DNA of 64,000 nt from positions 31,310,001 to 31,374,000 of the forward strand of contig OX597824.1 of NCBI GenBank assembly GCA_951406725.2, in the 5' to 3' direction. The position numbers and the translations under genes are program-made. Source of the DNA: Octopus vulgaris. Taxonomy: Eukaryota. Of the stretch, positions 12,379 to 26,785 are shown in pieces (position 1 is the stretch's first letter; every line of letters begins with the position of its first letter). A model generated the notes under the pieces. The model saw nothing but the letters and a program-made list of their open reading frames with translations, was not told the origin of the DNA and ran no database searches.

Positions 12379-13033
12379 ATAAAATAATATATACATTATT
12401 TTAAAACAAAATATAGATGCATGTTAGCTGTCTAATTTCAAGAAATATGACACATTAACTATTTTAAATTCTGTTTTGTTTTCTCTGCTAAAATTATTTT
12501 GCTAGTGTATCATTTTTAACAAACAATGTTTAACATTAAACATTTAGAAATCTGAAGAAAATCCTATCAATATTATCAGAAAGTGCCTCATAAGAACTTA
12601 TCAAAATAAACTTTATAGAAAATAAAACAACCTTTTTAAATATCTAACAGGTGGCTGTTTTGTTTTATTTTATTTTTTTAGAAGAGCTAAGCCATCTTTC
12701 AACTAAGCAATGAAAATCACTCATAGTTTGTGGCAGAGTTTTTCTTTTTACAAAAAAGATTACTTTACACTGATATAACTGAGCTTGGATTCTTGAAGTC
12801 ATTGAAGCATTTTTTTTTCTTAACAACTTTTTATTCTGTAAGGTTATAGTATTAAAATACATGAAAGAAAATGTTTGTAAGTGTGAATAAGTATGAAAAA
12901 TAAGATACTAAGGGGAATTTGGATTTTAAAAAAATTGACAGATTTGCATACATTCAAGGTTATTACTGATTTTTTGATCAGCCCTGACATTTTCTTTCTC
13001 ATTAAAATATTTTGTTTTTTCTTTCCTTTACAG

Positions 13034-13153
13034 CTATTCTATGGCGTTTATAACTTATATATTTTATTTGCTTTGGCTGCATTTGCTATGACTGTGGAAT
13101 TTATTTTGGCTATTGTTTCTTCATCAATTTGCTGTTGCTGTCCAGGAACACGA
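13034..13153 (+). CDS. Gene A exon (LFYGVYNLYILFALAAFAMTVEFILAIVSSSICCCCPGTR; TM4 plus Cys cluster)
   Basis: Acceptor ctttcctttacag, donor gtaagt; 120 nt, phase 0-0. The E-F-I-x-A-I-x-S-S-x-I-C-C ending resembles MS4A/CD20-like TM4. Confidence 0.85.
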
Positions 13154-13776
13154 GTAAGTTCAATTTATTTTCTTTAATAATCATTTCTATTATTTCAAGA
13201 AGAAAAATTCATACCTTTTATGCCTTCTTGCAATGTGTGACAGTTGCTCTCTTTAGATTGGTATCGACCAAATCTCTAAACATATTACCTCTGTACTATT
13301 TATACTCCCCACCACTGTTCCCTCTGGGTAAACCCCAATACATCTCCAACACCATCTATTTCCCTCTCTTTTTCACTCTGTCTCTGTCTAACTATTTCTC
13401 ACCTTCCTTTTCCTACTGGGATAGCCTAGTATCTCATCTATAGTAAGACACCTATCTCTGTCCCTCTTTCACACTTTCTCACCTGGCACATAGCCACTTC
13501 GCTCAGTTCCACTCTCTCTCTCTTCTAAGAAGTCCTTGTCTTACAAGTTACTTAGCGACCCTACTGGTGCCAGTGCAACGTTAAAACTGTCCAGAACACT
13601 CTGTAAAGTGGGTTGGAGTTAGCAAAGCTATCCAGTCATAGAAACTGTGCTTAAATAGATAACTTAAGGCTAATGAAGCTCTCCAGCTCGTCAGCTCCAG
13701 TCTAACCATGCATGACAAGCCAGCATTGAAAATGGACATGAAATGATGATAATGATGATGATGATAATGAAGGTGT

Positions 13777-13826
<50 letters not shown>

Positions 13827-15602
13827 TCTTTATTTGTGTATTAAGACTACCATTGATTTCATATTAAGAAGAAATATCTTAATCATCATCATCATCGTTT
13901 TTTAACGTCCGCTTTCCATGCTAGCATGGGTTGATAATTTCAAAACCCATATACTGTATATAAGGAATTTGGCGTATTAGCAGAGAAAGTTTAAACAAAC
14001 AACTGAAAATGATTTTTCCTTCATTGTGAAAAGTACAATGAAGGAGGGAAGTGGGGTTAAGATAATGCAAATTACAAATGTTTCAGAATATAGAATGATA
14101 AAATGACAGAAAATTATGAAAAAGAAAAGTATATAATTTTAGTAGTTGTTGCTTTTCCAAAGGCACGGTGAGTGTGTGTGGGAGGGAGTTGAGCATTTAA
14201 AAGACAGAGATTTAAAAACTTTTTGTTTTAAAAATGATTCCCACCATTGTTTTACAATGCATGAAAGAAATGGAAAATCCTGACATAGACATGAAAATTC
14301 CAACATATATGACAGGTGCTCCAAAAGTCTGCTTTTTCAGTTTCCTGTAAGGAGTGGTGGGCACAATGAATAATATTTCTGCATTTTTAACTCTGAGAAA
14401 AATAAATTTTTTACAAGTGTTCACTTCCAAACAAAAACTACATCAGCTCTAAATACATTAAAAACACTATAACATATTCAGAACACTATTTCAGAAAATC
14501 ATCTCTGTTCTCTATGAGCATACAGAAGATAATTTAGAAGTAAATGCCCCTTCAATTCTCCAGAATTGCATTTGAAAAAAAAAAATTTTTAATGCATACA
14601 CATCAATATTGATTCTTAGACACCACAAAGCTCAAAAATTCAAAAACAAATTTGTAATATCTAGGTCAAATGTAAAGAATCACAGGAAAATGGCATTATA
14701 TGAAATTATCAAAACTCAAAAAGATAAAAAAATTCACTGTAAAATATTCTCTATAGTTTCTTCACAATTTGCAGGAGTGACTCTCAGCCTTATAACCTTA
14801 TGTAATCTTTTTATAATTTTTGGAATTTTCAGAAAATTTTTGCAAATTTGCATTCTTCGAAAGGTAATTCATATGATTATGGAAAAATTTTTTTAACTTT
14901 GCGAAATTTAAAAGGAATTATTTTATTTTTAATATTTTGAATTTTTTAAAATCACAGTTTAAAATACAGGGAGTCCAAATATTTTGCTTAAATGCTATTA
15001 AATGTATTTATAGGAAGAAAGATATTGAAATACATGGATTCATCTGAGTGACAAACTAACAAGGAAAGTTACAAGGGTAATATGGGGTGCTTGAAGCAGA
15101 ATTACACCTGGTTCTGTTCCTGCACCATGTCGTTAAAGAGAAGAAATTATTGAAATTAGTCATTCCTCATTTTAGCCCCAATTTAGGGTAATTCTTCAGT
15201 ATGTAGTGATTACAAAAGTAAATAAAATTAAAGGGGAAATAACAACTAGGAACTATGGGAAGCCTAAATGATGGTATGTACACTCAAGAAGTGATTGTAC
15301 ATCAGAACTTTGTCAATCCAACAAATAATGGACTTTTTTACTTCTTTATCTGTTATTGTTTCTGTTTCTAATTCAGTGAGTTCCTCATTAAACTGCTAAG
15401 TTTATAATGCAATAACTATTCTACACCCTTCAGTTTTACTTCTAATTAAAGAGTATTAGCCAATTCCATGTGTGTGAGTGTGTTTGTGTGTGGTGTAAGT
15501 AATTAAATGTCTATTGAAAGAAATAGTAAAAAAGTTGCTTCTAAGCAAAAATATTTTACTCTTAAAGGGATTTAATCAGTTAAAAATTTATATATTTTAC
15601 AG

Positions 15603-15710
15603 CTTGTACAAACTACTAGTAATGTTGTTGTCATGCAATCCGGCCAGGCGTCCACTGTTCCTCCAGTATATATACCTCAAGCATACCCGCAGGGAAATGC
15701 AATGACATAA
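15603..15710 (+). CDS. Gene A last coding exon (LVQTTSNVVVMQSGQASTVPPVYIPQAYPQGNAMT*)
   Basis: Acceptor tattttacag, in frame, TAA at 15708-15710, AATAAA at 15857-15862; P/Q/Y-rich cytoplasmic tail with PPVY. Confidence 0.75.
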   Translation, partial: LVQTTSNVVVMQSGQASTVPPVYIPQAYPQGNAMT

Positions 15711-16018
15711 AATTTACATATTTTGTTAAACTGAGAATTTTTTAAGAACAATATATATTTTAAAACTTACCAGTGTTTGTATTCAAATTTAAAAATGTCT
15801 ATTCTGCAAAACTAACCAAGATATTCTAAATCAATCTGCCTATTATATTGTCTTACAATAAAAGCTTTGTGGCATACTTAATACAACTACAATCCCTTTG
15901 TATTCAAATGTTTGAGTTAATAGACCTTGGCAACTTTATTTCATTTTCACATATACAAAAGTAACCCTATTGATATAGCTTTCTGTATAACTACTGTTTA
16001 ATACCAAATGTCTTTTGA

Positions 16019-16154
16019 CCCTTTGAGCCCGTAGCACTGGTTTACCAGTGGATGGCTTATTTTTCTCTGTATTGTAGCACTGCTCTACCAGTGGAGTGCA
16101 TCAAGAAGCCAGGCATATTATCAAATAAGATTCAAGAGGTCAGGACTCAAAGGG
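16019..16154. mobile_element. piggyBac-like MITE (136 bp)
   Basis: TIRs CCCTTTGAGCCC / GGACTCAAAGGG flanked by ttga and ttaa; internal direct repeat gtagcactg..taccagtgga. Confidence 0.65.
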
Positions 16155-16719
16155 TTAAACTGTTTTCTATGATTTTTTGTGTTGTTTGCCTTTAACATTG
16201 TCCTTATTTTGCTACCTTCACTGAACCAACCATTTATTATTTTTGTTGCATGGCTCTTTTTTAAATCATCCAATAAAACGTTTACCACCTTTTATTTCTA
16301 TGATGTCTCATTCTTCATAACTTATTATTGTATTAGCAATGCACCCCAGTGTTGCCCAGGCGTTATGACCTACAGCCACATAGTATTATTTGTTCCTTTC
16401 TTATGGGCAGAATCGACACATGAGGAGTATGAAGCAAATGAATTTTCTTTATAAACATGTTTGTCAGTCATTTTCTGATGAACAATACTGCAGTTTCTGT
16501 CTACCAAATTCAGTCACAAGTCTATGGTTGGCCTGGGGCTATAGTAGGAAACACTTGCCCATGGTACCGTGCAGAGGGACTGAATTTTGAGAAACAAACT
16601 TCTCGACCACACATTCAATCTTGCACCTAGTATGTGTGTGCATGTGTTTTCATTAGTTGTTAAATTGTGTATTGTGTCCCACTATGTCTTGATGTTAGCA
16701 ATTCATCAAGCTAACAATA

Positions 16720-19700
16720 AAAGTATGCAATGGGTCTGCTATATCAGAGGCAAGATGAACACAAACCCAACAAAACAAAAGTAAAGGAGAATGAAGAGTC
16801 AAAGAAAGGAAAGAAGAAACAATCGAAAATACCGGTAAGAAATGGAGGACCCCCCAACAGAAGCTATAGGAGTTGAAGGGCAAAAGCAGGAGCACTCACA
16901 AATTCTACCTGCAAGGACACTGCTGGTACAATGATGATTGTGCAAACTGTTGCTTTGCACACCAGAAGGTCTGCCAAAACCACATGGGCCCCAGACAACA
17001 CTCCCTTCCCTGAGGAGGACAAAAGGAAAGGCAATAAAAATGTAAAAATAGAGCACTGTCTACCTCCGGAAGATGATGTGCAGATGTAGTGCGTGACCAA
17101 GCAAATGGCCAGCTTCACCCAGACGTGAAAAGGGCAGCAGCTGAACAGCAATCTTTTTTGTGCATGATACAAAAGATTGTCCAGCAACTGACCTGGCTTC
17201 AAACTCAAACCAGGAACTATGCCTGCCACCACACAAGGCCATCACCAACAACAGATACAGAATGGTCCACCACTAACACCAACGCACATATCACAAAAGA
17301 TATTTCTTTTGAATATAGAAGGGTTGTTGCATGGCAACTGTAAATCAAAAATCTCGTTCCTGGGAGACCTTGTGGCATGCAATTAAGCTTTATGCATGGT
17401 ACTTGTAGAAATGCATCTTAGACTTGATATAGAGGATGCAGAAATACATCTATTAGAATATGTTGTCATATTCTAATTCAGTGTGTGACACTCAAATTGA
17501 ACACATATGACAACTTAATTTTGTTATATGTACTACATATCACCCACCAGATGCTCTGAGTCATACGAGCAAATTTGAAGACTACCTAACAAAGATAGAA
17601 GAAGTTCTCATCAAACTGGAACAACACATTAATGTATTCCTTTTAGGTGACATTAACTTCCCAAACATGGGATGGCCTGGAGGCCAGATTCTCCCAAGAA
17701 TGACACGCTAACAGCAAGCACAGGCAGAGTCCTTGCTCCACCTGACCAATGCCTCTTTCATGGAACAAATTGTGCTGCAACCAACCAGACCAAATAATAT
17801 ACTGAATCTCTGCTTCACAAACAATAGGAACATTACCCATAATGTTAAATTGATACTGACACTGATCTCGGATCACAATATAATAGAGCTGTCTATGTAT
17901 GGTCCAAAAGCTCCTGCAGACATACAGCCTATACGAAGCACCCAAAATCTCTCCAAACTAAACTTTCACAAAGCAAATTGGAAGCTGATTGAGAAAGAGA
18001 TCCTCAAACAGGATTGGCCTAAATGTCTCTCCATGCCAGACATTGACATGAAACACAAACATTTCATGTCTATATTACAAGCCATATGTAACAAAACAGT
18101 CCCATTGTGCAAGGCCAACATACACCAAAACAGGATCCACAGAGAAAGGAAGATTCTTATGAGACGTTGGACAAAGATTAAGAACTGCCTGAGCAAGCAT
18201 CCCAAAAGTAGTGAGAAACATCTGAATCAATCTCATGAAAAGGAGGGAGCAAATAAAGAAGCTTGGGTTATAGTAAATATCAAGTCAAACCCTAAAGCTT
18301 TCTTTAAGTTTGACAAAGAAACAGCCTCAATATGCCACAAGATAGGACCCCTCTTCCAAAAAGTTGGCTCCCTCACAGGAAACCCCATAAGTGAAATACT
18401 GAACGAACAGTTCCAAAGTGTGTTCACTATACTGCTGGGACACAGACAAGTAAACAAACCAGCAGAACTCTTTGCCACATTACTTAAAACCAAAGAGGTT
18501 AAGACAATTTAGTACATAAACATTGAAGAAGAAGATATAATATTGGCCATAGATGAAGTTGATACAAACTCAGTGGCTGGCTCAGATGAATATCCAGTGG
18601 TCCTACTCAAATCATGCAGGCAAGCCCTTACAAAACCACTGCAGATTCTCTTCCAGAGCTTCCTCACAAGTGGTAAACTCCCAGAAAAACTGAAGAAAGG
18701 GATAATATACCTTATCCATAAAGGGAAGAAGCAGAGCAGATGCCGAAAACTATAGGCCTATCTCTCTGACCTCACACATCAGTAAAGTCATAGAATGAAT
18801 AGTCTGCAAGAAACTAATCACGTTTCTAGTAGAAAATGACTTGCTGACTGACACCCCACATGGATTTCGTCCAGGTAGAAGCTGTCTGAATTTTCTCCTG
18901 CAACACTACACTGGGTGTTAAAACAGCTGCTGAATGACTTGAGCGTGAATATGATATATCTCAACTTTGCAAAAGCCTGTGATAAAGTTGACCATGGTAT
19001 GATATGTCACAAACTGCATGATCTTGGCATATGTGGAAAACTTGGAGAATAGCTGCACCAATTTCTAAGGGATAGATGTCAGACAGTAGTGGCCAATGGA
19101 GCCAGATCCAAAGAAATACAAATTGCAAGTAGTGTTCCACAGGGCACTGTCTTGGGGGTCACTGCTATTCATAGTGGCCCTCTCAGACATGCCCTCGGCT
19201 GCTCAGATAGCCATCCTTGCTAGCTATGCAGATGACACAAAAGTCTTTCAGACAATGCAAAATCCTGGAAACATTGCACATCTGCAATGGAAGTTGGACG
19301 CAGTATACATGTGGGCTGAGGACAACAACATGCTGTTTAATGCAAGAAAATTCCAAGTCCTACGCTACCAGCACACAAAATTAAATGACATGCAGACAGG
19401 ATACACTAGACCAAGAGAAACTGAAATCCTTGAATTAAAATTAGTGTGTGACCTGGGCATTTACATGAACAATGATGCATCTTTCCAAGTGCATAATACA
19501 AATTTAGTAATAAAATGCAGACAGCTAGCTGGATGGATCCTCCGAAATTTCAAAACAAGAGAAAAAAAGACATTGGTGATCTTTTGGAGGACATACATTC
19601 TCATCCACTTGGACTACTGCTCCCAACAATGGTCACCACACACTATAAAACCCATGGTGGAACTCGAAGCAATCCAACGAAACAACACTAAGAAAATCAT

Positions 19701-20200
19701 CTTGATGCAATGTATCAGCTACTAGGAAAGATTGAAAGAATTAAAAGTCTTCTTCCTGGAATGAAGGCGAGAGAGATATGCAGTGATATACATCTGGAAT
19801 ATCCTAGAAGGCCTTGTACCAAACTTTGGCATTGAAAGTTACTCTAACTGCAGAATGGGGCACCACTGCATAGTGCCAAAGATCCCAGAATCACCATCAA
19901 AATACAGAACCAGATACTGCATCAGCTTGGTCTTCAAGGGCCCACACCTCTTTGATATATTTCCAAAATGCCAGAGGGACCCGCGGAGTGTAGATGTAAG
20001 TGTCTTTAAAGCAAAACTGGATATCTTCCTGTCACAAGTTCCTGAGGAACCTACCTCATGGCAGGAAACACAAATGAGGGCTGCAGCATCAAATCCCCTC
20101 ATTGACCAGATGCCACAGATCAGAGCACATTCCAAATAGTGGTGCAGCTCAGTCAACAGTGGTGCCCCAGCATGACTGCAGCCATGCAGCTGAAACACTT
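16720..20200 (+). mobile_element. Degenerate near-full-length CR1/L2-group LINE (APE endonuclease + RT)
   Basis: Remnants QPTRPNNILNLCFTN..SDHN, YRPISLTS, YADDTK, DLGI, HLDYCSQQWSP across ORFs 17733-20139; same family as 51190-53840. Confidence 0.85.
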
Positions 20201-20728
20201 TAAAATAGTTAAAACAAAATAGTTACATATAATAATAAGAAAATGTTAAAAACAGTTTACAAGGAAAAATCTTAGAAAATATTAAAAAGTTCATTAAAAA
20301 TATTAGGATTTTATTAAAAATAAGATTGTCAAAAGTAAAATGTGAAAGCTTTGTAAGACCTTTTTTGTGTTAAGTACTGCTTGTCACAAAATATTACAAT
20401 ACATATATACATTCTTTGATAATAATAAGAAAATGTTAAGAACAGTTTACAGGAAAAATCTTGAGAAAATATTAAAAAGTTCATAAAAAATATTAGGATT
20501 TCATTAAAAATGATGTTTGTTTGGAAGTATCTTTATATATACACAGAAATTTATGAGTTCAAAAAGGTCATATTTTGGTGGTATATATATATATACACAA
20601 AAGGAGATACATTTAGGAGTTTACAAAGAATTTGAGATGGACTGACGGGTCAAGTGAAGAAACATCTTTTAAAATTGCATTTTCAACCCTTCTTTCATCT
20701 ATATATATATATCTTTATATATCAATAC

Positions 20729-20778
<50 letters not shown>

Positions 20779-20929
20779 ATACATAAATACTTATATATCA
20801 ATATATATGTATATATAAACTTATATGTGTTTTGACCAAAGATTGGTCCAGGCTATGTCTAACTTAATAGAACCACCTGATAGGATTATCTAAATCCTTT
20901 TTAAGTCAAGTTTTGTGATATCATGCTCC

Positions 20930-21190
20930 ATTCAAGTAGTGAGTTCTTGTTGAGTGAGTTGTATCGGTAGCTTATCTGGTATTCCTTGAAGAAATTTGTC
21001 CAGACTCCGTTTAAAGGTGATAGGATCCTTTTCCTCTTTGGTCAGTTTTGGGACAATGTTAAACAGGGCAGGGCCTGTTGAGTAAAAGAAATTGTGTCGC
21101 AGGGTACTTATATGTTCTGATCCTGAATTGGTCAAGGGACATATGGTCCGTGGTCCCAGCTTTGGATGAACCTTAAAGCTAATGTTCAGG
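20930..21190 (-). mobile_element. Short 3' fragment of another CR1-type LINE
   Basis: [35 protein letters not shown] resembles a CR1 ORF2 C-terminus. Confidence 0.6.
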
Positions 21191-21209
21191 TTGTACATAT
21201 ATATATATA

Positions 21210-21244
<35 letters not shown>

Positions 21245-21419
21245 GCATATATATACATATATATATATATGCACATATATATATATATACATATATATAT
21301 ATATGCACAAATATATATATATATATGCATATATATATATGCAAATATATATATATATAGATATCAATATATATACATATATATATATATATGTACACAC
21401 ATATAAATTTTTTTATATC

Positions 21420-24400
21420 TGGTTTCAGTTCATGAGCTGTGGCCATGCTGGGGCACTGCCATTTGGTGTTGCTACATAATGTTACTTCATGAATGTTTTT
21501 CAGGAATTGATATTTGGTGCATAAGGGAGTTTGATGCAGCTGCCCTCATCTGCACCTCCTTCCGCGAAGTTGGTTCATCTAGGACACTTGACAGGAAGAG
21601 GTCCAGCTTTATTTTGAAGACATCTACATACAACCCATGTGGGTCTCTCAAGTCCTTCGGGAGGATATTGAAGAGCTGTGGACCTCTGAAACCCAAGCTA
21701 TTACAGCATCTTGTCCTACATTTTGATGGCAAATCTGGAGTCCTTGGCACTATGCAGTGGCACCCAGTTCTAATATTTGTGTAATTCTCGATGTCAAAGT
21801 TTGGGACAAGTCCTTCCAGTATCTTCCAGATGTATATTATGACATATCTTTCTCGCCTACGCTCTAAGGAATAGTGTCTTAATCTCTGAGCTTATATGCT
21901 GCACAGAGGCTATCTCCTTCGTGTAGCTTCATTGGATCGCCTTAAGTTCTGAGATTAATTTGACACTGGTTGGTGACCATAGCTGAGAGCAATGGTCAAA
22001 GTGGCTTAGGACAAGTGTCCTCCAGAGGACCATCATGGTTTCCTGGTCTCTTGTTCTAAAAGCTCTAAGAATCCATCCGGTCAGCTGCCTACATTTCATT
22101 GTCAATTTAGCAACATGCACATGGAAGGATGCATTATTATTCATGTAAATGCCCAGGTCTTGTACTGACTGCTTCTGGAATTGCAATCCTTCCAGGTCCA
22201 GTGTATTTAGTGGGTATTGCATTTAGTTTTGCATGCTGATAGCACAAGTCTTGAAACTTTTCAGCATTAAACTGTATGCTATTCTTTTCAGCCCACTTGT
22301 ATATTTCATCCAGCTCACATTACAGGTACATAGTGTTTTCAGGGTTCTGTATTACTTGAGAGACTTTTGTATCATCAGCATAACTTGTGATTGTGGCTCT
22401 CTGTGTGGCTGAGGGCATGTCTGAGAGGACCATTATGAACAGTAGTGGTCCCAAAACAGTGCCTTGCAGAACACCACTTACTATTTGTGTGTCATTGGAG
22501 ATGGCCCCATTGGCTACTACCACCTGACTTCTATCCTCCAGAAAGTCATGAAGCTATTCTCCCAATTTTCCAACTATGCTGAGATCATGCAGTTTGTGAT
22601 ATATCATTCCATGATTGACTTTATCAAAGGCCTTTACAAAGTCGATATATATCACTTCCACATTTGAGTCATCGAGTAGCTGTTTCAGCAACCAGTCATA
22701 GTGTTGTAAGAGCTGAGTCAAGCAGCTTCTTCCTAGCCAGAAACCATATTGGGTGTCAGGCAGCAAGTCATTTTCTTCAAGGAAGGCAATTAATTTTCTT
22801 TTGACTATTCATCCCATGACCTTGCTGATGTGCAAGATCAGAGAGATAGGTCTGTAGTTCTTGGCCTCTGCTCTGCTACCTCCTTTATGAATAGAGTATA
22901 TTTTACCCTCCTTCAATTTTCTTGGAAGTTTGCCAGTTGCAAAGAAGCTCTGGAAGAGGGACTGCAGTAGTCTTGCTATGACTCATTTACATACTTTTTG
23001 AAGGATTGCTGGGAATCCATCGGGGCCAGTAGCTGAGTATGAGTTCATTTCATCTATAGCCCTTATTACATCGTTTTCCTTTATATTGATGTAATTGATC
23101 ATCACTGCCTCTGTTTTTATATTTGCAGTGGTAAAGAAGTCAGTTAGATTGCTGACTTGAAAGTGTTCTAGGGGTGGAGTGAAAATACTTTTGAATTGCT
23201 CATTAAGTATTTCACTTATCCTCATTGGGTTTCCTGTGAGTGTACCATCTTTTTCGAGGAGTGGCCCTATTCTGCAGTGCACCAAATCTGTTTCTTTGGC
23301 AAACTTGTAGAAAGCTTTGGGATTAGATTTTATATTGTCTATGGCCCAGGCTTCTTTGTCTGCTCTTTCTTTTTCATGGGAGAGTTGCAGATTTTTTCAA
23401 TCTCCAGCAGTTTTATTTTCAGGTGGTACTTTTCACTGCTTTCAATTTGAAACTTTTGTATGCCATCTCATAAGAATTTTCCTCTCCCTGCGGATTTTGT
23501 TTTTGTGTACAGTGGCCTTTCTCTCTGGAGCACATTTGTAGCATATGGCTAGCATTACAGACATGAATTGTTGAAGTTTCATGTCGATGTCCGGTGAGGA
23601 GAGACATTTAGGCCAGTTTTCTTTGAGGATCTCTTTCTCAATTTGTTTCCAGTTTGTCTTATGGAAGTTCAAGCTGGAAAGATTCTGAGAGTTTCTTGTA
23701 GGCTGCATGTCTATGATTTCCTTTGGTCTGTACATGGTCAGCTCTACCATGTTGTGATCCAAGAGTAGCGTCGGTGTCACTGTCACATTATGGATGAGAT
23801 CCATATTATTTGTGAAGCAGAGATCCAGCATGCTAACTGCCTTGATTGGTTGGAGTACTATTTGTTCCATGTACAAAGTGTTGATGAGGTTCAGGAGGGA
23901 CTTCTCCTGTCCTTGTTCATACCATGTCATTCCTGGGAGAGAAAGGCCATCTGACATTGGGTAGATTGAAGTCCCCCATAAGAAATACACTTATGTGTTG
24001 TTCTAATGTGACTAGAACTTCTATTTTTGTAAGGCAGTCTTCAAACTTGCCTACATGATTCGGAGCATCTAGAGAGCAATATGTAGCACGTATAAATACA
24101 TCGAATTGTCTTATATGTACAATTAGTGTGTCACATACTGATATGAGTGTGACAAAAGGACCTGGGGTATGAGGTCTTCTCTGATGTACATAGTAACTCC
24201 ACCATGACTCCTTTCTTTCCTGTCAGTCCAAAATACAACAAATGTGTATTTCTGCATTTGCTATATCTAGTTTTAGATGTGTTTCAGTAAGTGTTATGCA
24301 TAAAGCTTGATAGCATGCAACAATGTCTCTCAAGAAAGGGATTTTTGTCCTGTTACTAAGTGTTAACGGTCCTCTGATGTTCAGTAATAGCACCGATGTG

Positions 24401-25240
24401 ATGTGTATGCCGTTGCCAGTGGTGCCCACCTTGGGTCTATTTGCTGTGGTGGTCTTGTGTATTGGGGATAGTCCCATCTGTGAGATTGATGTTGCCACGT
24501 CAGCTGCCGTACAATCTTTTGTGCCATGCACAAAAAAGATTGTTGTTCAGCAGTCTGGTTTGTAGCATGCACTACATCTGCATACCTCTGTTTTGGGGCA
24601 GGTGGTGCATAGTCCTTTCCTTTTGGAAGGTGGTATCCACCCTGTTTCATATTTATGTGGTGGGGTCTTTGGTGTGCAACATGGCTGCTTGCACCTTCCT
24701 CTCCATGCCAGCAGACACCTTTCAAGTAGAATTTTCACATTTGTGTGTACTGTCTCTTTTTATACTAATATGGGTAATCAGACTTGCTTCTTCCCTTGGC
24801 TGCTTCATCTTTTGTTTTTGTTTTTGCTTCTTTTAGTTGTTCTTTCTTGGCTCTTTCACCGCCATGGTCTTTCGTTTTGATGGTGGTAGGAGTATTTGCA
24901 TTTGGGTTTACTTTCCGGGCAGGTATCTCGCTTGAATCTTCTTCTTTGTTTTCTTGATTGTCTACCAAGTGGGGGTGACATCTTTCATCTGCATCCGTGC
25001 CTCCATTCTTGTCATCTTTGCTGTGTTCATTATCAAAGATGGCATCAAGAATGCTGATATGGGATCGTATGAGAGCGTAGGAGCGGGTAAACTCCTGCTT
25101 CTTTCATTCTATCTGTGCTAATGTTCTGGTGTAACCATTGCTCTTCAGTGTAGCTGTGATTATGTTGTTTGGGTTATCTCCTTCAGCATTGTACCAGGCT
25201 CTCAAAAAAACCCAATTCCATGCACCTCCAGGATCTAGAC
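21420..25240 (-). mobile_element. Degenerate full-length CR1/L2-group LINE, tail-to-tail with 16720-20200
   Basis: ORF fragments 21487-24968: LLNIRG..LTETHL (APE N-terminus), QYGF..SCLTQLL, VLQGTVLGPLLF..YADDTK; same 3' end as the other copies. Confidence 0.85.
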
Positions 25241-25670
25241 ATTTTTATGGATATTTTATTTATTTATTTATCTATTTATTTTAAAATTTTAATGGTGTGA
25301 TGGAGGGTAGTGAAGAAATAGAGAAAGAAAGTGTGCCTATATATTTAGAGAGATTGAGAGGCTGAGAGAAGAGAGGAAGAGAAAGAGAGAGAAAGTTTGT
25401 GTCTATTGAGAGGTTGAGAGAAGAATGACGATGTGACAGAGAGAAGTGAAGAGACAGAGAAAGATGTATGATGGAGAGAAGTGAAGAGACAGAGAGAAAG
25501 AGAGAGAGGGAATATGTATTTATAATAGTGGTTGAGGATCTGAGAAAAGAAATACTGTATGCTAGAGAGAAGTGAAAGAATAGAGAAGAGAAAGAGTGTG
25601 TCTATATATACATACACATATATGCACAAAACATACATATATACAAATATACATATATGTATGCATATAT

Positions 25671-25705
<35 letters not shown>

Positions 25706-26326
25706 CTATATTTAGGGAGTTTGAGGGGCTGAGAAAAGGATGTTGCGATGGAGAATAGTAAAGAAAAAGAGAAAGAGAGAGTGTGTGTATGTCTATGTAT
25801 TTGTAGAGAGGAAATAGATAAAGAGAAAAAGAGAAAACAGTAGAAGAGAGATTAAGGGTCTGAGAGAAGAATTATGGGATGATAGAGTGAAGTAAAGATT
25901 CAGAGAGGGAGAGAGAGGGACTACATATTTAGAGAGAAGCAATAGAGAAAGGGGTAATGATGGTGTGATGAAGAAGAGAGCGAAAGAGAGAGAGAGAGAA
26001 TTTATGCAAACTCTTGATAAGGATTCGACTTGGATAGAGAAAAATAAAGGAACAAATAAATATATACTTATCTGTAACTACGGAAATTCTCTTAAATCAG
26101 GAGTAATGAAATAATCAATAATCAATAATCAATAATCTCGTAAGTCAAAGCAAAACATAGAGACAAACCTTATGTAAATTTAACCTACTTCCCCCTAATA
26201 ATAGCCTTCAATAAATGATAGAAAATACACAGATACTTATCTAGTTTTGGCAAAACTTCCGCCGTCCCCACCCCAAAAAACCCACCCTTTTTCCAAACTT
26301 TTTTTTTTTCGACATAAACTTTTTTC

Positions 26327-26643
26327 GACCCCGGCACTTATTCTTTGTAAGCCCAGTACTTATTCTATCGGTCTCTTTTGCCGAACCACTAAGTGACGGG
26401 GACATAAACACACCACCATCGGTTGTCAAGCAATGCTAGGGGGACAAGCATGGACACACAAACACACACACACATATAAATACATATATACGACAGGCTT
26501 CTTTCAGTTTCCGTCTACCAAATCCACTCACAAGGTTTTGGTAGAAGACACTTGCCCAAGGTGCCATGCAGTGGGACTGAACCCGGAACCATGTGGTTGG
26601 TAAACAAGCTACTTACCACACAGCCACTCCTACGCCTATATAG

Positions 26644-26697
<54 letters not shown>

Positions 26698-26785
26698 TAT
26701 TTTTTGTAATTTTTTATTTAAAATTTTATTTGAATTATGGCTTGTACTGTAGGGTCCAGTGAAGCTATTTTACACATACTTATGG
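26327..26785 (-). repeat. Duplicated SINE + (AAT)n + flank block; second copy at 27888-28364
   Basis: Both copies share the SINE, the (AAT)n tract and ~90 bp of flank ending ..acacatacttatgg; they differ by small indels and substitutions. Confidence 0.8.
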
